A stretch of DNA of 64,000 nt, taken from positions 64,001 to 128,000 of the IMG/VR virus record IMGVR_UViG_3300025108_000015; one strand, given 5' to 3'. The notes under the pieces are model-generated. The model was not told the origin of the DNA. It saw only the letters and a list, made by a program, of their open reading frames with translations, and did not search any database. The position numbers and the translations under genes are program-made. Each line of letters opens with the position of its first letter. The first letter of the stretch is position 1. Below are positions 30,291 through 40,428 of the stretch, piece after piece. This stretch comes from a virus.

Positions 30291-30494
30291 ATGAGAAGAG
30301 AGTATAGTAATGGGTATATACCCAAGATAGAGTATTGGAATGGTAAACTACAATATGCCATTAGTCAAAACAATTGGGTAGAGGTAGAGTATTGTATGAA
30401 GAAGATGAACCACTTCGTTTCTCGTCAGTATGTAATAGAGAACCAACAACCCTTCACCCCAGGCGTGAATGGCGCTCCCACCTTTCAGTTATAA
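30291..30494 (+). CDS. Hypothetical protein, paralog of 31361..31528
   Basis: GYIPKIEYW...KMNHF. Confidence 0.6.
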   Translation: MRREYSNGYIPKIEYWNGKLQYAISQNNWVEVEYCMKKMNHFVSRQYVIENQQPFTPGVNGAPTFQL

Positions 30495-30521
30495 AGAGAA
30501 GAGACCTCTAATTAAGTTAAT

Positions 30522-30559
30522 CTAAGCCGTTCCACCCCCGTAAACCATTATAGGTGATG
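30522..30559 (+). repeat. 38-bp perfect direct repeat, copy 1
   Basis: CTAAGCCGTTCCACCCCCGTAAACCATTATAGGTGATG. Confidence 0.9.
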
Positions 30560-30822
30560 TATGGAGATGTACCAAGTAAGGTGGACTGGTTAAAACAAAT
30601 ACACGAGAGAAAGCTATGAACAAGATGAATCAATTCCTACGCATTGCAAATGCGAGACTCAAAAAGACATACCCTAACAAGATGCAGAGAAAGTCTTGGG
30701 CTGCTAATATGTATGCGAGATGGATAGAGCGCAAAACCTTTAATGATACAAGTAAGGGTATAAACTGACCTTTAATGATACATTGTAAGGCTATAGCTTG
30801 ACACTTTTAAAACAAACGAGAA

Positions 30823-31092
30823 ATGAAAACACCAATGCAAAAACTAATTGAAGTGCTGAAAGTCCATAGAGATACGGCATTTGAAAAGGAGAAACAATAC
30901 GAAGACCTTGTATTGACTGAATACTATGAAGGCAGAGCAAAGGCATTTGAAGATGCTATAAGTTTTGCGGAACTACACCTTGAGAAAGAGAAAGATGTGA
31001 TGTGCGACTTTGCAGATGACTATCAAAGGAACTGCTTCCAAAAATCAGCAGATGACTACTTTGAGGAAACCTTTAAAAAAAAAGAGAAATGA
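30823..31092 (+). CDS. Hypothetical protein (MKTPMQ.LIE family), copy 1
   Basis: Paralog of the next ORF. Confidence 0.7.
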   Translation: MKTPMQKLIEVLKVHRDTAFEKEKQYEDLVLTEYYEGRAKAFEDAISFAELHLEKEKDVMCDFADDYQRNCFQKSADDYFEETFKKKEK

Positions 31093-31334
31093 AAACACCA
31101 ATGCAAGAGTTGATTGAGCAACTTGAAAAAGAACACAAGAGATTTTTAGAGGAAGATGATGTGCCTAATTGGTTCTACAAAAACGGAATAAAACAAGCAA
31201 TCAAATACGCTGAATCAATGCTTGATAAAGAGAAAGAGGTGATGGAGTCTGCTTGGCAAGATGGTATGTATGAATGTGACGGAGACGGAACATTTGAAGA
31301 TTTCTACAAAACCTTTAACACCAAAGAGAAATAA
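31089..31334 (+). CDS. Hypothetical protein (MKTPMQ.LIE family), copy 2
   Basis: Shares N-terminus, KEK.VM and ETF/KTF..KEK end. Confidence 0.7.
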   Translation: MKTPMQELIEQLEKEHKRFLEEDDVPNWFYKNGIKQAIKYAESMLDKEKEVMESAWQDGMYECDGDGTFEDFYKTFNTKEK

Positions 31335-31360
31335 AATAATAATTGCTAAATAAGTAGTAT

Positions 31361-31528
31361 ATGAAGTATACACAAGGGTATATCCCAAAAATTAAGTACT
31401 GGTACGGAGTACTAAAGACAGCCGAAGGAGCAACGGCTATGAATCATGCTCTGAGTAAGATGAACTACTTCCAAAATAGACACTATGAAGTGTATGGGGA
31501 GTGGATATCAGTAGATGACCTTATCTAA
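31361..31528 (+). CDS. Hypothetical protein (55 aa, not in track), paralog of 30291..30494
   Basis: MKYTQGYIPKIKYW...SKMNYF; read by hand. Confidence 0.65.
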   Translation: MKYTQGYIPKIKYWYGVLKTAEGATAMNHALSKMNYFQNRHYEVYGEWISVDDLI

Positions 31529-31532
31529 GGAA

Positions 31533-31570
31533 CTAAGCCGTTCCACCCCCGTAAACCATTATAGGTGATG
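31533..31570 (+). repeat. 38-bp perfect direct repeat, copy 2
   Basis: Identical to 30522..30559. Confidence 0.9.
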
Positions 31571-33509
31571 AAAGAGACTCGTGTGGGGGGTGGGGGCATT
31601 TTAACGTAACCCTCTAGCAATCAAGCTGTTAGAAGGGGCTGGGGTCGGTTTTCCTATCGAGCCTGGTTTTTTTGGATGGAAAAGAAGTCCCCTCCACGCT
31701 TGGATACACCAAAGTGAGATGATATTAAAATACCTAATGTTAATATATGGGTAATACTTGTTAATAACCTGTCAATACTTTCAGAGATATTGTTTGGTTA
31801 TACAAGTATATTGTTGTATATTAGTAGAGTAATAAGAGATAAGAGTTATGACGTATTTAATTGACCCACAAGATTTAGTCCTTAGAGCATGGACACGTAT
31901 TAAAGGTTTCAATGACATGGTTATTGGTAACGACATTGAATCACACACACTATTAGAACTAGCAACTGAGGTTTCTGAAGAGTGGACTAACGATTGGGAT
32001 GAAGACCAAGGGTTTGGTTCTTCTGATGGGACGTATATGTTAAAGGAGTTTATTGATTCCGTGATAGGGCTGGTTCATTGGAAGAATCATAAGAAAGAGT
32101 ATTCTACTAAGTTCAACCCGATGTTAGAGGTTGTTAAATAATTTTGGATTATGAAGTATTGGAAGTATTATAAGGTGCCTGTGTTTTTTTCGTGGTTGTT
32201 CAGAGTTAGAATGGAACGATTGGGTTGGAAGGTTACCAAGGTCTCAGGCGTTATACTATTAACCTATCGTGTGTCTACATATGATAGAGAGTTATATATG
32301 GGGTTATGATAAGAAATAACGATAATCTTTACATAGTAAAGGAGATGTGATAAGAAAATGGAAAGTTTATGACTGATAAACAATGGTCAGCTTTAATAAG
32401 GATGACAAGGGGTGGGATACATTCAGTAGAAGCTTCCCTTGGAAAGATAACCTTGATTAAAAAGGATGATGGGTTTGACTTAGAGTATCCTTCCCATAGT
32501 GTATCTTTGTATAGGGATGTTGATATACCTTCTACTGATGGTTATTATCTTCATTATATGTATAATGATTTATTTAATAAAGTATTTGACCACTCTTGTA
32601 TATAGTAGTATTTAGCTGATTTAATTTTATATCACTTTATTTAACACCAAAGACAGATGAAAGAGTTAATAATAATTACTTTGATTGTAAGTATGATGTT
32701 TATGTACCTCACTAATAAAGAAAAGAAATGACCTCACAAGAATGGAGTGCGTTAATTAGGATGGCAACATCCACATCCACAAATAGTTATAGTGGCCATT
32801 ACAAGGGGATTCCTATTGAGGTAACGGCCAACACTATGTTGACACGAGTACGGCTAAATACTAACCACGACAATATTGTCCAACCTATGAGCTTTACGAA
32901 AGATGGACCATTATTACCTTTGTATAGAAAGGTGTTTAAGGAATTGTATAGAGTATGGTATGATGTTAAGGTAGATAATTTACCATTTTAAAGTTATGAA
33001 AAGAATTAAAAAGTTATTAGTTGAGTATTGGAACCTATTGTTAGATGGGTATAGAGCAAATAAGCGATAGGGCAATAAATGAAAATTTATTTTAAACACA
33101 CGTTGTTATGATTTTTAGGAGTGGGAAATACCAAGGTTACTCGGTAGACGAAGTTAGACGAATTGCCCCATGGTATATAAGGTGGGTTCAAGAGAATCGT
33201 CCTGAGATGTTACGTGAACGGACTCCTCGTAAAAAGACTACCACCAAAGTTATTGAAGACGAACACCACGACCATCCCGGCCGAGTTATCCAACCACTAA
33301 TACCGGCATCGTGGGACGAGGCATTCTAATATACGTTATGGATAACATCCTTCGTGGGTTAACTATAATAATGGAACTTACGTTATTTGGTTATAGTAGT
33401 ATTCATCTAATATCCAATCTGAGAAAGTATATAAAACGTAAACGAAATAACTGAACAAAGTTTTGGTTAGAAACTGAGGGTATCTTTAAATCACATTATA
33501 TTTATATAT

Positions 33510-34037
33510 GTGAAACGATTACTATACATAACTCTACTTGTGTTGTGTATTCCCTTCTCTATGAAATCTCAAAGTTATGTCAATCCAATCAAATCAATCG
33601 AACACGGGGTTTACACCGACCATAACTTCACATACCCATACACACAAGTGGGTATGGCACTACGTAGTGGGTTATACTTTGAGTTAGGTATGTTAGACCT
33701 ACCTACTGAAATTGATATTGGTTTTAATCAAACTATCCAACAACGAGCTGGTAGACTGGCTTGGATGATAAACAATATGGAAGAGCCAGTTGGATATAAA
33801 GGAAAACCTCGATATAAAGAATTTTACTATTCAGTTGGGTACGTTGGTCAATTCAAACGTTATAGAGGTGTTATACAATATGGATATTCAAACGAAGACT
33901 CTATGATTAAGATGTCAAATTATTATAGAGCAATAGATTCATCTCCTGGCCATCTCGATATTGGAGTACACTTACAATATGGAATGAGACGTAGGTTTTT
34001 ATTTATTGGGTACTCTTGGGGAATTCACCTCAACTAA
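33510..34037 (+). CDS. Putative exported protein
   Basis: Signal-peptide-like N-terminus; beta-rich. Confidence 0.5.
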   Translation: MKRLLYITLLVLCIPFSMKSQSYVNPIKSIEHGVYTDHNFTYPYTQVGMALRSGLYFELGMLDLPTEIDIGFNQTIQQRAGRLAWMINNMEEPVGYKGKPRYKEFYYSVGYVGQFKRYRGVIQYGYSNEDSMIKMSNYYRAIDSSPGHLDIGVHLQYGMRRRFLFIGYSWGIHLN

Positions 34038-34041
34038 ACAT

Positions 34042-34097
34042 TTAACAATTTCTTAACATACATCGTTTGGTAAATCCGACATTTATCCTTATATTTA
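34042..34097 (+). promoter_or_regulatory. Direct-repeat promoter
   Basis: TTAACA 34042 and 34053, TTG 34067, TATATTTA 34090. Confidence 0.8.
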
Positions 34098-34416
34098 CTA
34101 TGTAATAATGAGAGAGATGATGAAAGATAGTTTTAAGTCAGTTACCGAAATGGCAAAGAGTGACATTTCAAAATATATAGGTGAGTTGAAGAAAGATGAA
34201 TCTACTGAGTTTAAGAACAACAAACATCTTCATAGGATTGGTCGTAAGTTTTCAAGTGGGAAATACAACTCACCACAATACGGACCAAACGATTGTTTTT
34301 TAGTTGGCGATACAATTTATCACGAGTCATATATCTACTCGACTGAAATGTTGTTCTCAAAAGAAACAAAGTGGTTAAACAAACAATTAGGAATTCACTC
34401 GGTAAATAAATAAGTT

Positions 34417-34761
34417 ATGTCAGTATTTAAAAACACCAAACCAGTAAACTCGATTGAAGAGTTTGAGAATCAGTTAGTTAATCAATTGACTGCCCATTAT
34501 AAGGGTTGGTTTAAAAGTTATAATCCCACTTCGACTCCCGAAGTCAAAATCAACAAGGGGTCTAAGTTCTACAAGATTATCGTAGGAACTTCGGTATGGG
34601 GGTTCATCGCAAGAATCCCATTCGTTCACAAGGGTATCCAACTGAAGAAGGGTGACTTGATGAAACCTGCCGGTTGGTCGGCTGCTGCTAAACATTCTCG
34701 TGGTAATGTAATTGAAGGAACTGCAATGTACGGACCATATGGACCTATGTACCTAAAATAA
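34417..34761 (+). CDS. Conserved phage hypothetical protein
   Basis: KFYKII...VWGFI...KKGDLMKPAGW.A.AKH.RGN motif recognised from T4-like marine phages. Confidence 0.65.
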   Translation: MSVFKNTKPVNSIEEFENQLVNQLTAHYKGWFKSYNPTSTPEVKINKGSKFYKIIVGTSVWGFIARIPFVHKGIQLKKGDLMKPAGWSAAAKHSRGNVIEGTAMYGPYGPMYLK

Positions 34762-34991
34762 AAAGTTATGAACAAATTAAAAAAGAAATTGTTAACAAAG
34801 TGGTTTATGGAATGGGTAAAGACTGAGACTGATGTCGAGACTCTACAAGCTACTACTATGTTTATTAGAAATCGTAAAGTAGAATTGGTAGGTGAGGAGA
34901 AACCACCGATTGGATTCCGTAGAAATAATTTGGAAATGTCAAAATAATTTTGTATATTGTAACAAGCTTTAACACTAAATACAATAACTAA

Positions 34992-35873
34992 ATGAGTATA
35001 GACACTACTTATAAAAACCTTTTGGTTGATATCATGTATGATGGTATCGAACGTGATGATAGAACTGGTACTGGTACTATATCTATATTTGGTGAACAAA
35101 TTAGATATTGTATGTGTAATGGATTTCCATTACTTACCACAAAGAAGATGGCTATCAAAACTATGATGACCGAATTGAAGTGGTTCTTAAAAGGAGATAC
35201 CAACATCAAGTACCTTGTTGACAACGGATGTAACATTTGGAATGGTGATGCTTATAAGAATTATAGAAATAAGTTTGAACCAACCCCATATCAATTTACT
35301 CCAGATACAATGGAAGAATTCATCAACAAAATCAAAACTGATGCTGAATTTGCAAATGAGAATGGTGAGTTAGGTCCTATCTATGGAAAGCAATGGAGAG
35401 ATTGGAATGGTAAAGACCAAATCCAAAATCTAATCAACGACCTTAAAACAAATCCTAATAGCAGACGACTAATGGTATCTGCTTGGAACGTAGGTGAGTT
35501 GGATGATGTGGTTCTACCACCTTGTCATTATGGATTCCAATGTTATGTATCAGAAGGTAAACTATCACTAATGTGGAATCAGAGAAGTGTGGATACATTC
35601 CTTGGTCTACCATTCAACATTGCATCATATGGTACATTACTCCTACTACTATGTGAGGAGACTGGATACAAGCCAGGTGATTTGATTGGTAATCTTGGGG
35701 ATGTACATTTATATAAAAATCATATAGATGCCGCTAAGACTTTAATTCAAAGAGATGATATGAGTATACCAAAGTTAAAGTTGAGTAATGTAGATATTCT
35801 AAATGGTGAGTTCGATTATGAAGTTATCGGATATGAATCACATCCACCTATTAAAGCTCCATTAAGTAATTAA
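34992..35873 (+). CDS. thyA: Thymidylate synthase
   Basis: DRTGTGT, FPLLTTKK, LGPIYGKQWR, NSRR, LPPCH, QRSVD..LGLPFN, GDVHLYKNH. Confidence 0.97.
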   Translation: MSIDTTYKNLLVDIMYDGIERDDRTGTGTISIFGEQIRYCMCNGFPLLTTKKMAIKTMMTELKWFLKGDTNIKYLVDNGCNIWNGDAYKNYRNKFEPTPYQFTPDTMEEFINKIKTDAEFANENGELGPIYGKQWRDWNGKDQIQNLINDLKTNPNSRRLMVSAWNVGELDDVVLPPCHYGFQCYVSEGKLSLMWNQRSVDTFLGLPFNIASYGTLLLLLCEETGYKPGDLIGNLGDVHLYKNHIDAAKTLIQRDDMSIPKLKLSNVDILNGEFDYEVIGYESHPPIKAPLSN

Positions 35874-36849
35874 GTAAAATAGATATGACACACGAACAAG
35901 AAATTGAAGAAATCTTAATCGAGGCCCACGCTCATGGTATGAGGGATGAGGTAATGGAATGGGCTAAAAAGGAAATGGAAGCGAATCATAAATTAAGTAG
36001 AGTTGATGCATACCATCAAGGATACTTAGAATTTTGTAAATAAGATGTTAGAATACGCAATATTTATCCCGATGATTACAATTGGTTTGATAGGAGGATA
36101 TCAAATGTATTTAGATTATAAAGATAGTTGTAATAACTAAAGAAACGCAAATGGAAGAATTTGGTTATAGAAAGTCTCTATTGGATAGAGATAACATTGA
36201 CTTGTTTATAGTAGATGATGAAAATCAAGAAATTATAGCCGAAGTGTTGTTGGAAGAAAACGGATGGGTTGATACACCAACGAACTCAGCTGAATTACCT
36301 AAACTACAACCTTGGCAAGAAGAGATACTGAATAAAGAAATAACTCATGACTAGCGAAAAGAAATACTATGCTGTTGTTAAAGTTCGTAAAGCTGAACTT
36401 ATAAGACCAACCGAGTCACAACTTATGTCGTATTATATGGACTATGGATATAATAATGTAGATGAGGTAGTAGATGATTATGGTAGTCTTGAGGAAGTGT
36501 TACGTGAATGGTACAATAATACGAATTACTTAAATGAGTTCACTGAACACCAACAACAATCTAACATATTTGGAATTGATTGGGATTCCGAATGGGAGCA
36601 GGTTGATATAATTGAAAAAGAGAATTGGGAGTCTATATACAATAGTACATATGTTTCTTAGTTTATTAAAATGGTATGTCATAGTTGGTGTTATCAATTT
36701 AGCTATAATTGATTTCTTTACCAACAAAGTATCTGAGATACGAGGTACGGCTGGTTTGAGCAATCTTGAACGAGTGGTTATACTTTGTGGTTGGCCGGTT
36801 TTCTCTACCATATTCTGGTATAATTTTATAAAATCATTTACGAAAAAAG

Positions 36850-37389
36850 ATGACTAAGACTTTTTTAGAAATAGGTTCATGTGATTTTGATACACTATCA
36901 TATATGTCGTTCCATGGTTGGCATGGTGTGGTCATGGAACCTATACCAAAATACTTTAACAATATAAAGTTCGAAGAAAACATACACTATGTAAATGCAG
37001 CAATATACCCAACTGATGGGTTGGCTACTATGTATATGGCTAGCGATGAGGTTATAGAAAAAGATTCAGACTTCAAAGGTATGAGTACCTTACTCGAAAA
37101 CTCTAATGTAAATCTTACTATACCGATTGAGGTTAGAACCATGTGCTTTGATACGTTGTTTAAATTAACCAATATTGATGAAATTGATTATCTAAAAATA
37201 GATACTGAGGGTTATGATGGTGAAGTACTACGTATGTTCCCATGGCACCGATGTAAACCTAAATACATAAAGTTTGAATCCGAACATCTTGTTTTAAATG
37301 GATGGGAAGCTGATATAATGGAGTTATTAAAAGTCAATGGGTATCACGTGGAGATTGATGAACGTAATTGGTACGCTATAAAACTTTAA
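36850..37389 (+). CDS. FkbM-family methyltransferase
   Basis: FLEIGS, MEPIP, IDYLKIDTEGYD. Confidence 0.85.
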   Translation: MTKTFLEIGSCDFDTLSYMSFHGWHGVVMEPIPKYFNNIKFEENIHYVNAAIYPTDGLATMYMASDEVIEKDSDFKGMSTLLENSNVNLTIPIEVRTMCFDTLFKLTNIDEIDYLKIDTEGYDGEVLRMFPWHRCKPKYIKFESEHLVLNGWEADIMELLKVNGYHVEIDERNWYAIKL

Positions 37390-37440
37390 CAATTTAGTAA
37401 CAATCTAATTTTGCAGTTTAAAATATTATTCGTATATTGG
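37386..37440 (+). promoter_or_regulatory. Direct-repeat promoter (degenerate)
   Basis: TTAACA 37386, GTAACA 37397, TTG 37411, N19, TATATTGG 37433. Confidence 0.65.
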
Positions 37441-37956
37441 TAGAGATAAACATTGAAGAAATATGAAATATAATAAAATCACAAATGAAAAATCAGCACT
37501 TGAATTAGTTGGTAACACTTCTCTAAAGGACCGATTGATTGGTTGGAACTACAAACAACTCGTTGCCACCTTTGGTGACCCAACATTCTCAAACGAAAGT
37601 GGTGATGGTAAGATTCAAAAAGAATGGGTATTCCAACGTACCTCAGATGGTGAAATATTTACTATCTACGATTGGAAGACGTATGATACCGAATACACTA
37701 CTACTATGAACTCTGATTGGAACGTTGGTGGTAAAACATATGCTGGTGATTTTGTCATTGATTTAATAACTGAACTTAAAAAGAAAAACTAATATGAGTA
37801 AGTATTCATTTTATTCAATTGACGATTCGACTAAAGAATCGATTTATACGTGTGACGCATCCTCATTAGAAGAAGCACGAAGTGTATTTGCCAAAGGTAA
37901 GTTATTAGAATTAGAGGTTTTTGATAAATTGTACTCAGTTAAAAAGTGTGGATAGT

Positions 37957-38712
37957 ATGACGATAGATAAAGTCTATATAATTACAATTGACCAATCCGC
38001 TGATAATTATAATAGTATCTTAAAAAGATTGAACGCGTTATCCTTACCTAATCACACAACGTACCATATAATTGATGGTGTAAATGGTCGTGAAGAATTA
38101 TCTACCGATGAACTTAGAGATAGTCATGGTGTGAGTTTCTATAAAGATTGGGTTGCCAATTCCGAATCAAATGGTAATTCATTTTACAATAGAAATGTTA
38201 CTGTTGGTGAGGCTGGTGGTATGTGTTCTCATATAAGAGTATGGGAAGATGCATATAAGAACGGACATGAAACTATACTGATATTAGAAGATGACTTCGA
38301 GCCCATTACGGAGTTTCCATGGGAATCATTTGATGAACTCCAAGACTATGATTGGGATTTAGCTTTCTTATCAAGAACGTTAGTACCTAATATGGATGGG
38401 GTTAGTGATAGTAATGTGGGGTTGGCTAATTGGGTAAGTCCTGGTTATTCATATAACACACATTCATATGTAATTACACGTGAAGGACTACGTAAGATTA
38501 TAGAATATAATTTAGATACATTAAAAAATAATATAATAGTATCAGATGAATTCTTACCATCTACATACACCTATCACCCAAGACAAGATATGCGTACTAT
38601 GTTTAAACGTAATATGAACGCTATCGCACACAAGGTGAGTTTAGTTGGTCAAACTCGATTTGAATCAGCCGGCAACTCATTAACCGAACCAATTGAAGGT
38701 ATAGATTATTAA
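37957..38712 (+). CDS. Glycosyltransferase family 25
   Basis: VYIIT, DGVNG, GEAGGMCSH..VW, ILILEDD, THSYVIT. Confidence 0.85.
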   Translation: MTIDKVYIITIDQSADNYNSILKRLNALSLPNHTTYHIIDGVNGREELSTDELRDSHGVSFYKDWVANSESNGNSFYNRNVTVGEAGGMCSHIRVWEDAYKNGHETILILEDDFEPITEFPWESFDELQDYDWDLAFLSRTLVPNMDGVSDSNVGLANWVSPGYSYNTHSYVITREGLRKIIEYNLDTLKNNIIVSDEFLPSTYTYHPRQDMRTMFKRNMNAIAHKVSLVGQTRFESAGNSLTEPIEGIDY

Positions 38713-39419
38713 ATTATGAATGAACAAGAACTACACAAACTATTAGAGATTCAATACCTAAAAGGTCGTATTGATGAACTACATAAAGCAATACCAACTG
38801 TAACTGATTTGAGTCGTAGTCGTAAGTTAGACCAACGATTGGATAAGTACTACAACAAGTTAAAGTCAATTGATGAGATGGCATATCACTTGTATCAAGT
38901 AGAGCATACTAATCAACAAATTTCAAAAAAGAAATCTAAAGATTTTATGAAAGAACTTTTGGAAAAAGTGATACCACATATTAGTAATAGTGGGTTGGTG
39001 CATGAAATAGAAAATCAAATATCTAAATATTAAGTTATGTCTGAAAAGATTTATGTCCGTAAAGTAGAGACTTGGACAATCTCATCGGCAAGTGAACCTA
39101 TTGAGGTTAACGTAGAAGCGCTTCGTAAATGTGAACCCCCATACGAAGGAGACTCTGACCAAGAGTTAGTTAACTATCTTCAAAACAACGTATTCATGGA
39201 GTATGAGTTCTACGAAAACGAAACCAACATCGAGGCGTATGGTGAAGATGCTGTTTTTGACTTGGTTATGGAAGAGGCATATGTAGACAATGAGTTCTTT
39301 GATTCACGTAATAAGGGTGAAGAGTCGAGTCTTCAGATAGGTATTCCCGATGAGGAGTGGTCAAAGTATGGTGGTTTCCAACCATTAGCAAACGGAGAAT
39401 ACGAATATTAAATAGGGTA

Positions 39420-39493
39420 GGACTCGTAGCTCAGCTGGATAGAGCATCTGCCTTCTAAGCAGACGGTCATAGGTTCGAATCCTATCGGGTTCA
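39420..39493 (+). tRNA. tRNA-Arg(TCT)
   Basis: Canonical cloverleaf: TCTGC-CTTCTAA-GCAGA, GGTTCGAATCC. Confidence 0.95.
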
Positions 39494-39585
39494 CATAGAG
39501 TGGGTAAAAAGTTTAGTACACCTCTGCAGGGGTAAATGTAAGTTACTATTAATAGGACTACGTATCCTAACGACTACTCTTATTT

Positions 39586-39657
39586 GCTCGGTTCGTCTAT
39601 CGGTTAGGACCTATGGTTTTCATCCATAAAAGAGGGGTTCGATTCCCCTACCGAGTA
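39586..39657 (+). tRNA. tRNA-Glu(TTC)
   Basis: TATGG-TTTTCAT-CCATA, GGTTCGATTCC. Confidence 0.93.
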
Positions 39658-39661
39658 CAAT

Positions 39662-39732
39662 TGTCCGATGGTGTAATGGCAACACTTCTGTTTTTGGTAC
39701 AGACATTCAAGGTTCGAGTCCTTGTCGGATAA
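39662..39732 (+). tRNA. tRNA-Gln(TTG)
   Basis: TCTGT-TTTTGGT-ACAGA, GGTTCGAGTCC. Confidence 0.93.
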
Positions 39733-40052
39733 CTAAGTTTACTAAAGTTGAGTAGACTATTTATTTAAAATTAAATTACAAAGTCATGAGTAAAATTTCA
39801 AGAAGATTATTCCAAGCATTGGAATCAAAATATACGGCAGAGATTATGGATGCAAGAGCACGTATCTCTATCTACTTTGAAAATCCGGTAGCTATCGGAG
39901 AACACCCACAACATACTGAAGAGATTGATTTGTTAGTATCACAGTTGACTGATGCTACTGATAAACTATCTACACTACGTGATAACTTTGGCCAAGAGTA
40001 TGGTGAGTTTGATGATAACGACAAACAAGTATTAAAGGGATAATATCCGCTA

Positions 40053-40137
40053 GGAAGATTGGCAGAGTGGTCGATTGCACTGGTCTTGAAAACCAGCGTA
40101 CAGCAATGTACCATAGGTTCGAATCCTATATCTTCCG
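40053..40137 (+). tRNA. tRNA-Ser(TGA)
   Basis: CTGGT-CTTGAAA-ACCAG, long variable arm, G73. Confidence 0.95.
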
Positions 40138-40210
40138 CAATTCGCAGTCAAGTATTTTATATTTTATTTGTTTTATTCAAAAAATTGTTGTATATTGTAT
40201 AAACAATAAC

Positions 40211-40282
40211 GCGGGAGAAGACTTAAAAGAAAGTCGTCTATCATCCAGATAGAAGGTGTTGGGGCAGTACCAACCTCCCGCT
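40211..40282 (+). tRNA. Non-canonical tRNA-Gly(TCC)-like RNA, copy 1
   Basis: Perfect stems GCGGGAG/CTCCCGC, GACT/AGTC, TCTAT/ATAGA, GTTGG/CCAAC; loops CATCCAG and GGCAGTA; U73. Confidence 0.8.
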
Positions 40283-40350
40283 CAAAGAGAATGGTTAAAG
40301 ATTGGGATAAGGCCGCTCAATTTAAGCTACCGGTTATCATTCTCTATAAT

Positions 40351-40422
40351 GCGGAAGAGGAGTTAAGAGAAACTCGTTGAACATCCAGTTCAAAGATGGT
40401 GGGGCGGAGCCACCCTTCCGCT
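40351..40422 (+). tRNA. Non-canonical tRNA-Gly(TCC)-like RNA, copy 2
   Basis: Perfect stems GCGGAAG/CTTCCGC, GAGT/ACTC, TTGAA/TTCAA, GGTGG/CCACC; loops CATCCAG and GGCGGAG; U73. Confidence 0.8.
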
Positions 40423-40428
40423 CAATAA

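Noticed and set aside
34992-35873. Intron or intein in thyA (or groEL)
   Set aside because: The frames are continuous. The extra ~30 aa in ThyA lacks intein Cys/His-Asn motifs.
39497-39580. tRNA-Cys(GCA) call for the element containing CTGCAG
   Set aside because: No 5-bp stem with a 7-nt loop centred on GCA, and no D or T arms in tRNA positions.
40211-40422. Reading the atypical loops as CAT (Met) anticodons, or dismissing them as decayed pseudogenes
   Set aside because: Stem geometry puts TCC at 34-36 and the acceptor identity is Gly. Shared deviations plus compensatory changes argue against decay.
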